Assembly (NCBI GenBank): GCA_052426225.1
Contig: JBNJNM010000006.1
Span: 496,001-560,000, forward strand
Length of the DNA: 64,000 nucleotides
From: Zancudomyces culisetae HAW-14-8
Taxonomy: Eukaryota > Fungi > Kickxellomycota
Direction of reading: 5' to 3'
The position numbers and the translations under genes were made by a program. Positions 12,046-24,379 of this stretch are shown piece after piece. Under the pieces are notes generated by a model. The model did no database searches. It saw nothing but the letters and a program-made list of their open reading frames with translations, and was not told the origin of the DNA. The first letter of the stretch is position 1. Every line of letters begins with the position of its first letter.

Positions 12046-13836
12046 ATGATACCGAAACCACACGGTATCAACCGATTTCTATACACTAATCCCACGAAAA
12101 TCGCAACGCTCACCGCAGCTTCACATTCTATACGAGCCTCAAGATCATTTTATTCGGTTTATATACCACACTTTTGTTTGAAAGCACGTAAAAATGTATT
12201 TTCTCAATCATCAACTTTGGTAAGCACTTCGGGGTTTGACTTGGGTTCAATTTATCCTTCTAAAAACCTTTTTCTAAACAGTGGACTGATGCACTCCAGG
12301 AGCTATTCACGAGAAATCGATCGCAACGATCATACTAGCTACAATAATCAGGACAACCAGAACTATCTAGGCGAAGAAAATCATACAGGAACTCCTGATT
12401 CTATATTAGAAACGGATACTACGATCGATCAAATTCCCTACGATATCCTTTCAGCTGAAAATATACAAGCGATAGATAATTCTACTCCATTTATCTTTGA
12501 GCTCACACAAGCACTCCTTGAAAAGCTTCATGAAGGTTTTGCCATTTTTGGTTTAAATATTACAGGTCTACCTTGGTGGGCAGCAATATTTTGTTCTGCA
12601 ATCGTGCTTAGAGGATCTGCTACACTTCCTATTTCTATTTTTCAACAGCGAGCTATAGCCCGAACGAAAAAGTTAGAGCCAGTTTTGAAAAGCTGGTCAA
12701 ATGCATTGAAAAGCTTTGCCCAAATCGAAGCAAAAAGCAGGCGGTTAAACGATGCCGAATTTAAGAAATTATTCTACAAGATGGTAAGCCTGTCTAGCTT
12801 TTGATACATAACTATAATTGCGTGTTTATTTTGTTCTTGCTTTTTCTTTTCATCCGGTATCCTCTCTAAACAAAAGATACCTGTGAATTATCACGATAAA
12901 TTCTGTTTTCCCTGAGTATATATGGGTTTTAGTTGTATGGAAATTTGTAAACCCAATAAATGTATTTGTGTACTATAGTATAGAAAAAAATCCAACGAAC
13001 TATATCTAAAAAACAAATGCCATCCTGCATATAGTATGGTGCTACCGCTGGTTCAGATTCCATTATGGATAGTTCTCTCCTTAACTATAAGAGGAATGAC
13101 CGGAAACTCTTCATTATTGATGCTTGGTGGTGTATCAGGGGTAGCCACGCAAACTACACTTCAAGAGCTTTCGACAGGAGGGACATTATGGTTCGAAAAT
13201 CTCCTACATACTGATCCGACTTTCATCTTGCCTGCATCTGTGGTTCTTTTGTATCTTTACAACTTTGAGGTAAATTTTGTATCTGACACAAGTTAATTAT
13301 ACATATAAACTGAATCTATGCTTATGTAAAAGCGACTCTACATTCTGGTGTATTTTAGATTTTGCGGGTTTGACTTGATCTCATATTACCCAAAAACCAC
13401 TAACACTAAAAAATATCGGCTTGATAGGCAAACCAAAGGTATAATAGAACGCTTGTTGGACAGAGATCCAAGATCCAAAACATTATGGTGCATGTTTTCA
13501 GAGGTGTTTGTCTACTTATGATTCCTATTTCCATAAATGCGCCTGTTGTAAGTACCAGCATCCAATATGCACTCAATTGCTTTTTGCTTTGTATAACAAA
13601 GAGCTGTACTTTGAATCTGTATACCATTTAATGCACCGTTTTATCGGACGGAGCTCCACTTTAGTGTGTTGTTTAACCGTATATTGAGCATTGGATACTA
13701 AATATAAAATTAAATATAGGCACTGAATCTGTATTGGCTGGCGTCTGCTTTATTCAGTTTTTTCCAGACCACTCTATTTCATTATGAACCATTCAGGAGA
13801 GTCATGTCTTTTTACACTCCGGATAAGAAACCATAG
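12046..13836 (+). CDS. COX18: Oxa1/YidC family mitochondrial insertase Cox18 (4 exons)
   Basis: Exons 12046-12783, 12979-13269, 13428-13547, 13720-13836. Mitochondrial presequence, LPWWAAI...LR...TLP, CHP...LPLVQIPLW, GGTLWFENL..TDP, LYWLAS..FSFFQ, no Oxa1-type long C-tail. Confidence 0.85.
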
Positions 13837-14365
13837 TTTGTACATAATATTTAACTCGCAATACCTCATCCATATGTACAATTTCACTTTTTTGTATATG
13901 TGATGCACTCTCTGTTTATTAGACTTATTTCTTAAGACCAGGTAAACTGGTGTTTGAATAACAGTGTTTTATATACCATTTTTAAATGTACTATATAAAG
14001 CCTAATCATGGGGAAGACTGCTGAAAACAAGTAAAAGCAAATTGACACCGTAGCCCAACTACCAAGCGTAGCTTTTACCCATAGGGTTAGAAAAAAAACA
14101 TCATTTTTATCCGAAGGATTGTTCAAGTACATCCAAATGTAAAACATATCAAGTACAACAGAATCTCCTTAAAAAATACGAATATATGTTTATTTAGAGG
14201 TGCGCATTTAGAGATAATTTTGAAGGGTTACCTCTGCAGAAAAAAAACAACAGCAAAACAAAAATATTGATGTTTCGATAAAATAGTGTATATTTATGGA
14301 CATTCCTAACGCAAAAGGGAAACTAAGCCGGGTAGGCAATATTCAATACTGATATCCGGAAATAA

Positions 14366-15011
14366 TTATACCAATTTGGCGAAAACTGCTCCAGCAGACT
14401 ACAGAATGGGTATTTTAAAAAGTTGTATAAGAAATCATGTTAGATACTCGGTTAGCAATTTATAAATATTCATCTGTGGTTGTTTAAAAAAAACATTGAC
14501 GTGGCAGTCAATGCAGTAGAAAACAGAACACAGAAGACTCTGAGCAATCAAAATCTTTCATAAGGCTATAAATGACTTACACAATGATCAACACATTCCA
14601 CAAAGTGGTAGAATTCCTCTGCGCACACTTCGTGAGCTCCATTATTGACACGTTCGGTGCATTCCTCGACTAATCTGTTCAATGCTACACATTGAGTGGT
14701 CTCGGCACAGGCTATAATCATTCACAATTAGTAGTTAAGAAAAAACCATTGTAATCTTGTACAAACAGACTTTAATTTCATTGGGAAAGGGAAATACTCA
14801 ACATAAATAACGAACCTTGGGCTATAGCGACTTTTTGATCTTCAACCTCTTCCTCTTCCTCCTCTTCCTCTTCCTCTTCCTCTTCTTCATTGTCGTCCTC
14901 TGCTTCCAGGGGTGATTGTGCTACAAACCTAGCATTAGTTTCAAATTCTCTTTCTTCTGCTTCAACGCTAGCGCCTCCAAAGATCGAATTGAATGTATCT
15001 AGGAATCCCAT
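14366..15011 (-). CDS. QCR6: Cytochrome bc1 complex hinge subunit Qcr6 (3 exons)
   Basis: Exons 15011-14816, 14711-14581, 14398-14366. Acidic poly-Glu, then C..C...ECTERV...EVCAEEFYHFVECVDHCSAGAVFAKLV. Confidence 0.92.
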
Positions 15012-15520
15012 TTTGTCTGGTATTTTTTCTTTATTAATAGTTAGTAAAGCTATTAAAAGTTTTTTTTTTAGAGTAAGCGAAAACAAAAGGGCAACTGGTG
15101 TAAGATTCCTCACAAATTGATAAAAGCAAAATTTTCAATCGCTTTTTTTTTAAGGCCCAGTATTAGATGGTTCTGGTAGCCCTTTTATCAACTTTTTTTT
15201 TCAATTTTTTTTATCCAGCTTTATCCAGTCTGGATAGATAAGTTTCAAAAATGCAAACAACCACTAAAAATAATTGAAATCAGCCAATAAATGCTTTTAG
15301 TGCATGATAAGGCTCAGAAAATGGCCTACAGAATCCATTAGCTTGCAATGCAATATATGGGAGCGAGGGGAGGCATTTGGGCGGCTAAAATATAGGGTCC
15401 ATCAACTAATCACAAACTGGAACTTATACAATGTATCAGGAGTGTGTTCATGTAGCCATATATACACACACAAGAACACAAAAAACCTCTTACAATATTT
15501 GGTGATATGTTTTTTTTATT

Positions 15521-15705
15521 GATAAACCTCCCTCCGGTACGCACGGTGGCCGTAAAAACGGTTATTTCGGCGATTTGGAAGGTGATTATCGCGCCAAGTG
15601 AGCGAATGGCTATGCCATCATCGAGCGTTAATGCGACCAAGTAGGGTCGAGTACTATGCCCACTACCAATCCCCACTCCAAGAGTAAAGCGCGGACATCA
15701 AATCT
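15521..15705. ncRNA. Candidate structured ncRNA (GC-rich island between QCR6 promoter and TCTP 3' end)
   Basis: About 180 bp visibly richer in GC than its flanks, with several stems and an ACA+3 nt just after a closing stem. Family not recognised. Confidence 0.35.
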
Positions 15706-15845
15706 TAAACAAACAGAAAAAATCTCATAGGCTGAGCAAATTGGTCACATGTAGAGTTTTATTCAAGCTTACATGAAAACTAAAAAAAAAAAAATACCAT
15801 ACAACAACAAAAAAACCCAAAGAGGTTTGTAGAAAAGAAAGACAT

Positions 15846-16349
15846 TTAAAGCTTCTCTTCCAAAAGTCCGTCTTTGAAGAAGGAGAAGTATGGGGTAATA
15901 CCATCCTCGCGGTAGTTAAGGAGGGCGACCATACCATCTGGGTCCATTCCTTCACCAATGTAAAAGTCGTAGTCCTTGATGTTGGAGATAATCTTCTTGA
16001 CAAAATCCTGAGCTTTCTTCTGGAAAACTGGGACTCTCTCGGGGTTGGTCTCAGAAAGATGCTTGAGGACGGACTTCATGTATCCCTTGATGTAGGCCAT
16101 GTATGACTTCTTGTCGAAGGATGTTTGTTGGAGACGGAAAGAGTAGACAACGTTGTTGGTCATTTCTACACCTTCTTCAAGGGCTTCTTCACCATCTTCA
16201 GCAGATGGATTAGCACCAATATCGAAACTTTCTCCTCCAACTTGGATCATTTTACATTCGACCTCGTAGATAAAATCATCTACCAGCTTGATTGGGTAGG
16301 CATCGGAGAAGAGCTCATCCTTTGAGATAACGTCGCGGAATAGTAACAT
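15846..16349 (-). CDS. TMA19: Translationally controlled tumour protein
   Basis: MLLFRDVISKDELFSD, IGANPSAE, FDKKSYMAYIKGYMK, FYIGEGMDPDGMV, FFKDGL. Confidence 0.97.
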   Translation of the reverse strand: MLLFRDVISKDELFSDAYPIKLVDDFIYEVECKMIQVGGESFDIGANPSAEDGEEALEEGVEMTNNVVYSFRLQQTSFDKKSYMAYIKGYMKSVLKHLSETNPERVPVFQKKAQDFVKKIISNIKDYDFYIGEGMDPDGMVALLNYREDGITPYFSFFKDGLLEEKL

Positions 16350-16499
16350 TTTGATTGATAACGTTCAAGATGGTATTGTTAATCTTTTAATGATCCTGAA
16401 AACAATCTAGAATAAGCTAAGCCTGAAATAAAAGATTGTTTTAAAAGTCGTTGTTAGTTTGAACACTTTTTTTATTTGAGAAAAAATTTTTTAGTCAAA

Positions 16500-19420
16500 G
16501 GAGCCTGGCTTTGTAGGGGTTTGCGAGACTATTGGCTAATTTTTCCTGTTGAATTGGATTAAAGGATGCGCTTTTAATACTAGCCTATAGGCATTCAAAG
16601 GTAGTTGTAATTTTCTCAAATAATCGTCCGTTTATTATTTCGATGTTTATAAACTAGAAAAAAAAATTTTAAAAAGAATTTATTTTGGTAAATAAAAAAA
16701 AAATTTAATTAAAAAAAAATCAACACAAAAGTTGACCTATAAGTTGAAACCTGGCAAGTTTCCGTTCGTGGACTTGTAGCCAATTCACGACCAGCTTTTT
16801 GTAGGCAGAAGTACAGATAACTAGGAGAAAGTGAAGTGTGTATTTTTGTGCTGTGAGTAAAGCAGAGCTGACCAAACATTCAGCCAGCATTAGGTCGCTT
16901 TTCTTGTGCTAGACGTTTCCAAGACATCGATTTCATTTTATTTTTCCAGCGTAAATGTTGCTAGAATGTGTGAATATGTGGTTGAGTATTTTGTAAACCA
17001 TATTTCAAGTAACAGTATATAGCAGGTTTATACATCATAAAGACATTCAAGTAAAACAAAGTATGAGTGGTATGAAGGCGTGGTTTAGGTTGACACAATA
17101 TTGAATAGCAACGGTACTTGTGTGAATATATGTGAAATAATTGATGCGTGAATCTATATACCTAGTCCACGAGTACTATTTCACATATCATGCACAAAAT
17201 ATATTTTTTCACAGTTATAAGTACAGATTGGGCTCAACCAATTTGGGGTTTTCGAAATTTGATTAGTACATACTTTGGAGTATATGTAATTGTTATTTTT
17301 ATTTTTTTTGTAAAACCACGCCTTGCACTCTTCTTAGTGTGAAATACACTCTATCACATCAGAATTATATATTCAAAACTAACCCACAGTGATAAATCCT
17401 TTAGTTATATGTGTACACGTGAATACGCATGTACATACCTGAGAGTTAATTGAATGGGCTACACTTATTTAGTAGAATTTAGTTGCACTATACACTCTTG
17501 AGCACCCAAAGGAAGATACGTAACACTATCCTCTGTGAAGTTATGCCTTGATAGCATTATGTTAGCCTCGAATTCCTCCTGTTATCCAGTTGAAGAAATT
17601 TACGCTTTACATGCACTTTTTTTCAGCAAAACAACCCACTCTTTTTTGTTGGATATACTATGGAAATAAGGTGTGTATGAATCTGAAACTGATGTGCCAT
17701 GCTATCATATTTGCGAGAAATACGCAATAGGCGTCATTTATAAAAATCAAAATTTGTATTACAAAGCGTTTTTCAAAAGCTAGCACCGAAAAGATGCGTT
17801 AATAAAAACCTGTAAAGAGTAGATTGGTTACCACAAAATAAAACCACTGTTTTATATATGGATGACAAGAATTATACGTCATTCCAATCGATCCAACAGT
17901 CATTCTGCAATATTTTGCAAACAGATTTTCTCGTCAATAACATAGCGATATTAAGTTCGTGTATATAGGATCCTGTATCCGTTTATTCACAGTTCAACAT
18001 AAATATCCAACTTTTTGATAACTCAACTAGTAATGAATGTAAGGTTGTGGTAGTAAATAAAATACCAAATGTTGGCCAATATATGAAACCACCTGTACGA
18101 ATGAAGGGGGGTGGACAACCCAAATAAGTATTAAACTCGTCTTTATACTTTCAATAACACTCCTTTTCATATAAGAGTGATAACAAAGCTATCATTCAGA
18201 CGCAACTGCCGCACCATTGACAGGATATGGTAACATTGATCTTGCTGGGAATAAAAAAAATTCGATACAAAGAACCGATTTTATGGAAAGATCGGAGTTG
18301 TGAAAATATATAACAATTGTAACAACTGCCTCTGACAATAATTTTCTTGATACGCCCAATTAGGCATGTATATTTTCTTTTTACAAAGTTATTGTCTGAA
18401 CAAAGTTTTAAATCCGGATTAAATTCAAGTGTTTATGTTTGTAAATTAAGATGGTAATCCAAAAAAAATTGTAATTTGGTAAATTTGACATAAATTATTG
18501 CTTGTGTCATCTAAAATTTCATTTGTCATGCCATAAGATTGCTATTGAAAGCCTCATATGTGAACAAAAAAAAACCCCTCGACCAAACACTGTTTTCGGT
18601 GATTAATTGTTTTAAAGTGGCCAAAAACTTGATGAATACAATATTATGTATCTTAGTATTTAACTTCTTATGGGCAGATGATGTGTTGCGTCCTGGACTA
18701 AGTGCGTCATAACCCAATTTAACCTTGGGAGAGTGTTTTAATGGTTGATTTTTCATTAGATTATTTTTGCGAAACACGCATAACAGCCTTTTTTTCTTCA
18801 TACCTGACGGCTATTTGGCTATAGATTAATAAATCATAGTTTAGCAAGTGGGAGGTAACACCAATTCAAATTAGTGGATACATTTTGATTTAATAGCAAA
18901 AGTATTGCATTTTGTTTGGTGACCATATTATCAAGATCAAAGAAAACAAAGCTGTTTTTTCGCACTATTGTTGGATTGTAAGTCCATTATTTGGTACAAT
19001 AACATTGGTCTAACATCTCGCGTATTTTCTTTTTAGATAATTAGCTATATTTTTGAAAAAAATGCTCAAAAAAGCACATGTACTAAACACTGATGATAGT
19101 TCAAACACTGAACTGCTAACAAGGCCTTGAAAGCTTGATACGCTCTCTCTCTCTTCCAGGAAACTGCAGATTTAGTGAACAGCAAAATTGATGAATACAT
19201 CTAAGCTATGAATAGTTGTGTAACAAAGCCAGATGCATTTACCACATTTCCCGTAATTTTTTCAAGCATTGAAAACAATCCATAATATCTAGTGCTTTCG
19301 CAACGCAATGATATTGTCTACAAAGAAATGTGCAAAATAAACATGATCAGTTTGGTCAGATTAACACAGGTTGAGGGTTGTTTTAAAGCGCGATTAAAAA
19401 CAAAGAAAACATTAGGTAAT
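16500..19420 (+). promoter_or_regulatory. Cluster of HMG-box-type WWCAAAG sites upstream of the HMG gene
   Basis: AACAAAG at 17055, 18182, 18399, 18945, 19222, 19399. TACAAAG at 17760, 18266, 18382, 19319. ATCAAAG at 18936, TTCAAAG at 16594. Confidence 0.4.
17065..17330. repeat. Nested imperfect inverted repeat / long hairpin
   Basis: aaggcgtggttt (17075-17086) / aaaccacgcctt (17313-17324) and atatgtgaaata (17128-17139) / tatttcacatat (17177-17188). Confidence 0.7.
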
Positions 19421-20104
19421 GTGCGTGGAAAAAGTTTCAATTATACGAAGCAATCATCTTTGCTCAATTTCATCCCTATTTTTGGGAGAAAAGCAAAATT
19501 TCCGAATAAGGCTCCAAGTAACACAGATGTTGTTTTATTGGTAGCAAAAACAGTAATATAGTATTTCAAAAATCAATTTAATTCACACACATATGTGCGC
19601 CTTTGTGAATAATAAATACCAGATTAAGAAAAAATGCTTCAACTTGACATTTTTCTCAGAAGAGCAAACACCCAGCATCTGAAAGCTCTTGGTGCTAAAC
19701 ACTTGTGTATACTCCTCTTCCCTACAATCTGCATTATTCTCTGCAAATTTCAGTACCAAACTTTTTTTGGTAACTTTAGGCTTATTTTCATATAAAGTAA
19801 ATAAACCATATTTGTAATCGGCTCAATAAAATACAATGGTTAGTTCACATCTTAGATTAATTTGCATCTGAAAGTTACAATGAACCACTAACCTCCAAAA
19901 GATAAAAAAGTAGATGGTTTTTTTTTCTGGTTTTCCATTGATTTATTACCAAGAAAACAGGGGAGATGCAAAATAATAAGTAGAACACAATAGCAATACA
20001 ACAGAAAAAATATTTAAGAGAGGAGTGAGTAAAATGATATTGTATTTTAAAAAACACTATTTCTATTTTTCGCTTAAAAACCAACCGAGAACACTATAAT
20101 TATA

Positions 20105-21511
20105 ATGGGTAAGATAAAGAATACCATGCTTGTTGAGGCAAAGACGTATACAGACAGTAAAGGCTCTGTTTTTACACAACGCCTAGAAGATCATTATATG
20201 ATGTATGTCCCAAAAAGCATAAGTAAAGAGTCAATTATTGACCGTATAACACAGGGATATGGTGGATCTCCTAAAAAGAAAAAGAAAAAAGTTAACAGGC
20301 CGTTCAACAGCTTTATCCTATACAGAATGGACAAGATGCCAGAGATAATAAAAGAAAACCCAACATTAAATCAAAAGTATGTCTCACAACAGTGCGCCAA
20401 GATGTGGAACAATGAAAAGCCCGAGGTTAAAGAGTGCTATCGTCAAAAGTATGAAAAACTAAAGCTAGAGCACAAGAGGAGGGAGAAAATAGAAAAAAAT
20501 AAAAACAAACACTTGTTTTCACAAATACTTATTAACCCAGCACACGCGTCATCCATTGGGCACCAAAACAATAATTTGATAAACAATAGTGCTTTACTTG
20601 ATAAAAACTTGATGTTCCAGAACCACTTTGGCACCAGTAGTATAACTATCAACCCATCTGTTCATCCATTAAACAATAACATGTATGGCTATAGCAATCA
20701 AACGACATCAACAAATTCTGAAATACCACCTCCGTTTGTAAATAACAACGGGATCCCAAAAAATACTATTAGTTGTGAGCATGAGATAGAGTTGTATAAT
20801 ACTGACTGCGGAGCCAATCAATATATTGGTAACAGCTTTGTATTTACTCCACAAAATATATACAGTTCTCTGCCGTCGTGCTACATGTTGGAAGGTAGTT
20901 ACAACTTTATGTCGAGGGAACGAAGGGTAAACTGCCTTGAGAGTATGAGTAATAGCAGTAATACTACAAAAGGCCACTTATCAAATCTCGGGCTTGATAC
21001 ACCACAATTTAATCTCATTGATAAAACAACGGTCATGTCCAGCGATTCAGGAAAAATATCTCAGCATGTTAATATTTACCACAAACCGGAAAATCTTTAC
21101 AGTGAACCGTCCAATATATTCAACCCTGATACATTCAAGCAGGATATGAGTGTCCTACCATTTAACCTCTTTAATGTACCAGTGAGTGTAGGTGTAGGTG
21201 TAGGTGTGGATAGAATCAAAAGTAGCTTGATTTCTGAGAACAGGATGGCTGAAGGGCGCATATACAATAACTACATTGAAAGCACTTCAAACCAAGTGCA
21301 GCTTTACCCAATGTTGGACTCTTCATCTCGTCTAGTAGATGGAACGTCATGCAGTTCAAATTTCTGTAGTAACACTGTATACACTAGCTCGGAACAAGTT
21401 GATACAACTTTACCAAAAGATAGTTTCAGTAGCAGTTGTTCTGATGATAACACTAATCCATCTATTGTAATACCCAGCTTTCTATACGGAAGCTCTAGTT
21501 TTCAGTACTAA
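20105..21511 (+). CDS. Single HMG-box transcription factor, sequence-specific SOX/MATA/TCF class
   Basis: KVNRPFNSFILYR...IKENPTLNQKYVSQQCAKMWNNEKPEVKECYRQKYEKLKLEH, followed by a long Asn/Ser-rich low-complexity tail. Intronless, 468 aa. Confidence 0.92.
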   Translation: MGKIKNTMLVEAKTYTDSKGSVFTQRLEDHYMMYVPKSISKESIIDRITQGYGGSPKKKKKKVNRPFNSFILYRMDKMPEIIKENPTLNQKYVSQQCAKMWNNEKPEVKECYRQKYEKLKLEHKRREKIEKNKNKHLFSQILINPAHASSIGHQNNNLINNSALLDKNLMFQNHFGTSSITINPSVHPLNNNMYGYSNQTTSTNSEIPPPFVNNNGIPKNTISCEHEIELYNTDCGANQYIGNSFVFTPQNIYSSLPSCYMLEGSYNFMSRERRVNCLESMSNSSNTTKGHLSNLGLDTPQFNLIDKTTVMSSDSGKISQHVNIYHKPENLYSEPSNIFNPDTFKQDMSVLPFNLFNVPVSVGVGVGVDRIKSSLISENRMAEGRIYNNYIESTSNQVQLYPMLDSSSRLVDGTSCSSNFCSNTVYTSSEQVDTTLPKDSFSSSCSDDNTNPSIVIPSFLYGSSSFQY

Positions 21512-21578
21512 CATTTAGTTTAATTTAAAATATTTCAATCTCTATGTGCTTTCTAATTTTTGATATACACTCGCTCTT

Positions 21579-21630
21579 AATTATTATTATTATTATTATT
21601 ATTATTAGTATTAGTATTAGTATTATTATT
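21579..21630. repeat. (TAT)n / (TAGTAT)n microsatellite in HMG gene 3' region
   Basis: ttattattattattattattattattagtattagtattagtattattatt. Confidence 0.9.
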
Positions 21631-24379
21631 GAAATATAAATGTAATCAATTAATATATGAGTAACAAGTAGCTATAAGCTCTGCTAAATAGGCATACTCT
21701 GATCTTTGATGAGTACCTATAATTAATACAAAATCAATATACTGGAAGCTGCGAGTACACAATATAGGCAAAACTTATCAGCGCTATTAGCTCACAAAAA
21801 AATCCAATAACAAGGTATATCAAATTAGGTTTTATGTGCTATACTTGACACTATTTTTTTTTGATCAGGTCACTAACTTTGAAACAAATGTGCTGTTTTG
21901 TTGAATATAAACAATAATACGTGGAATAGCCCTTTTCTCTTTGGATCCAAGACTTTAGTATTTGTACAAGAAATATTGTGTTGGTTGAGACTGAAGACAA
22001 TTGTATTTTATGTTTTATTTCACCAGTATCAGAACCTAGTTATTCCTTTGATTGAAATAAAAGAAAATCAGGCGTTTGATTTAGCAGTGTAAAGATTGAG
22101 GTTATAGTAAATCTGTTATATTTTCGTCAGATCTCTCGGATGAGTTCAACCTTACTATGAATATTTTTGGATTTATTTAGAACCGAATATATTAACTGGA
22201 ACAAACAGAAACTAAGGTAAACACAAACGTAGCTGGAAGAATTAGCTTTTTAAAATTTTAACATACCTAGGTTCGCGATCTGCGGGCACTCAGTTGTGTT
22301 TGTGTTAGAGTACCACATTTAAATATCGATTCTTCATGCCGAAGTGGCTCTTTAATCATCAATCTTTTGAAGTTATTTACCAGTTTTTGTTCAATATCTG
22401 AAAATTCTATTAAAGACTCTTTGTGTAAGATGTTTTTGAGATTCTCCGCACAGGCCGAAACTTCTTTGCAGAAAAAGATCATGGGAAATCCTAACAAAAT
22501 TAAGCTTCAATTAGTGACACCTTTGTTGTATTTGTGAACATTCTGAATAAATGTAGCATAAAACTTAAACATGAGACAATGGTTTGATGGTTCTATATGG
22601 CTAGTAACCACTCCCCCTCCTAATAGGCTGCTTTCTTGTAGAGAATGTTTTTTTAGTATTTTTCATTTTCATATTTCTTGAAATGTATTTGTTTTTACAG
22701 GTGAGATTCTATTTACAATTATCATAACGAAACAGTAACTATTAAATAGGCGGGATGTGAGTGAATTAATAGCCGAAATTACATTTATAGTGTTATTTTG
22801 ATCGGTTACAGCTTTAGGATTGATTATCAACTCATAGACACATACAAAAAAATTCTTTGTAATTGTTTCCAGTTTGCCACACCTTTCATATCGGTAGTAA
22901 TTGGATGTAATAATTCCGGATGATATTAAAATGCTGTGTCTTTCCACATACTAAATTTAAATTTTATAGTTATGTGTAAATAACAGCTATCCTTCACATA
23001 TATTTAGAAGTGTAGCGCTAAACGTATCAAACGTTTTGTAAACAGTCTACCCTGGCATTATTTTACTCCATATGTGAACCAAATTTTACAAATTACAAAC
23101 TATTTATTTTTCCTATACATGTAATTCGAAGAGATAGTATATCGTTTAGGGAAAAAAATTGAGCAGCGTTTTATAGAACTTTGTAATTACCATTAATGCT
23201 TAAGAATAAATAGTATCCACCACAAAAACAATGTATAGCGCCAATTCCATTAGTTTTCTTTTTAATAAGCCCTTATTGTATTTTTTTTCCTAAATTGGCA
23301 GAAACAGGACCCAGCAAGTGGATGGTGCAAAGTTCTATATTGGTATCTGGGGATGTTTTTCAAAATAAAAAAACTATAAATTCTAGCAAATGTTTGCCCA
23401 GTAAAGTTGAGGTGACTTGCTGCTTTAAATGTTGCGGAAATTAGAGTAAGTTGAAATTAGAATGGTTTGCTGAAAACCTCCGGAAAATTGAATGGATAGT
23501 TCAAATGCCGAGAAATTTTCAGGATATATCACCAATTAAGTGTTGTGAGATATGTAATATTCCGATATTTGTGTAAATCATTGAGTTTGTTCATTTACTA
23601 CATATTTTTGGGTACTGTTACCCAAAGCAACATTTGAAAAAAAGGTTTGGGAAAATAGAACAAATAGATCAGCGTGGTTATTTTAATGAGCAAAAGTTGG
23701 GCTTTGTTCAAGTTGTGTTGCCTTTATTAAAATAAGTAACTGTTTATCACTAGCAAACAACAATATGGAATTACGTTTGACAGCATTTATTGTGATAGAA
23801 ATCCTGAGGTTTTCAGTATTGCTAGAGCTTTTTTAATGCTTCTTGAATATGGATTTAAAACCAAAAATGGTTTGCATTTTATGTTTTGGATATAGTTTAT
23901 TGTCCAATTATGTTTGAGAAATCAGAGGTAAGTGCCATTATTGTCAGAATCGTTAAGAAAATATGTAATTTGCTAAAAAGTAAAACTGAAAAAAATTAAA
24001 CGCAAATTATCAATGTTGTAGACACTCGTTTGCTTTGTAATGGAAAAACGGTTTTAATTTCTAAAACAAAGTAATCGATACTGCGCTGTCCAATTACACA
24101 CAAGTTATTAACTTTGCTTAGTCGAAAAAAACACGTAGAAACATTTATTCCATCGTTTTAGCTTTTTTGCTTTCATTCGCTACTGGCCATAAAAAAATTT
24201 TTTTTAAATGAAAATACGCTGAATAACCAATATTCACCAACACAAATAAGGAATGATTGAAGCTAAAGTCTTGTTTTCAACATTGCTTGTGGTGTTAAGT
24301 ATTTAAACTTGGGTTTGTGCAAATAGTATCTGTACGAGTTCTTTTTACAAAAACACTATATAAAATTAGAGGCAAGAAT

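Noticed and set aside
15590-15625. GCGAAUGG resembling HDV ribozyme J4/2-P2
   Set aside because: No P1/P3/L3 (UCC.CG) nested pseudoknot could be built.
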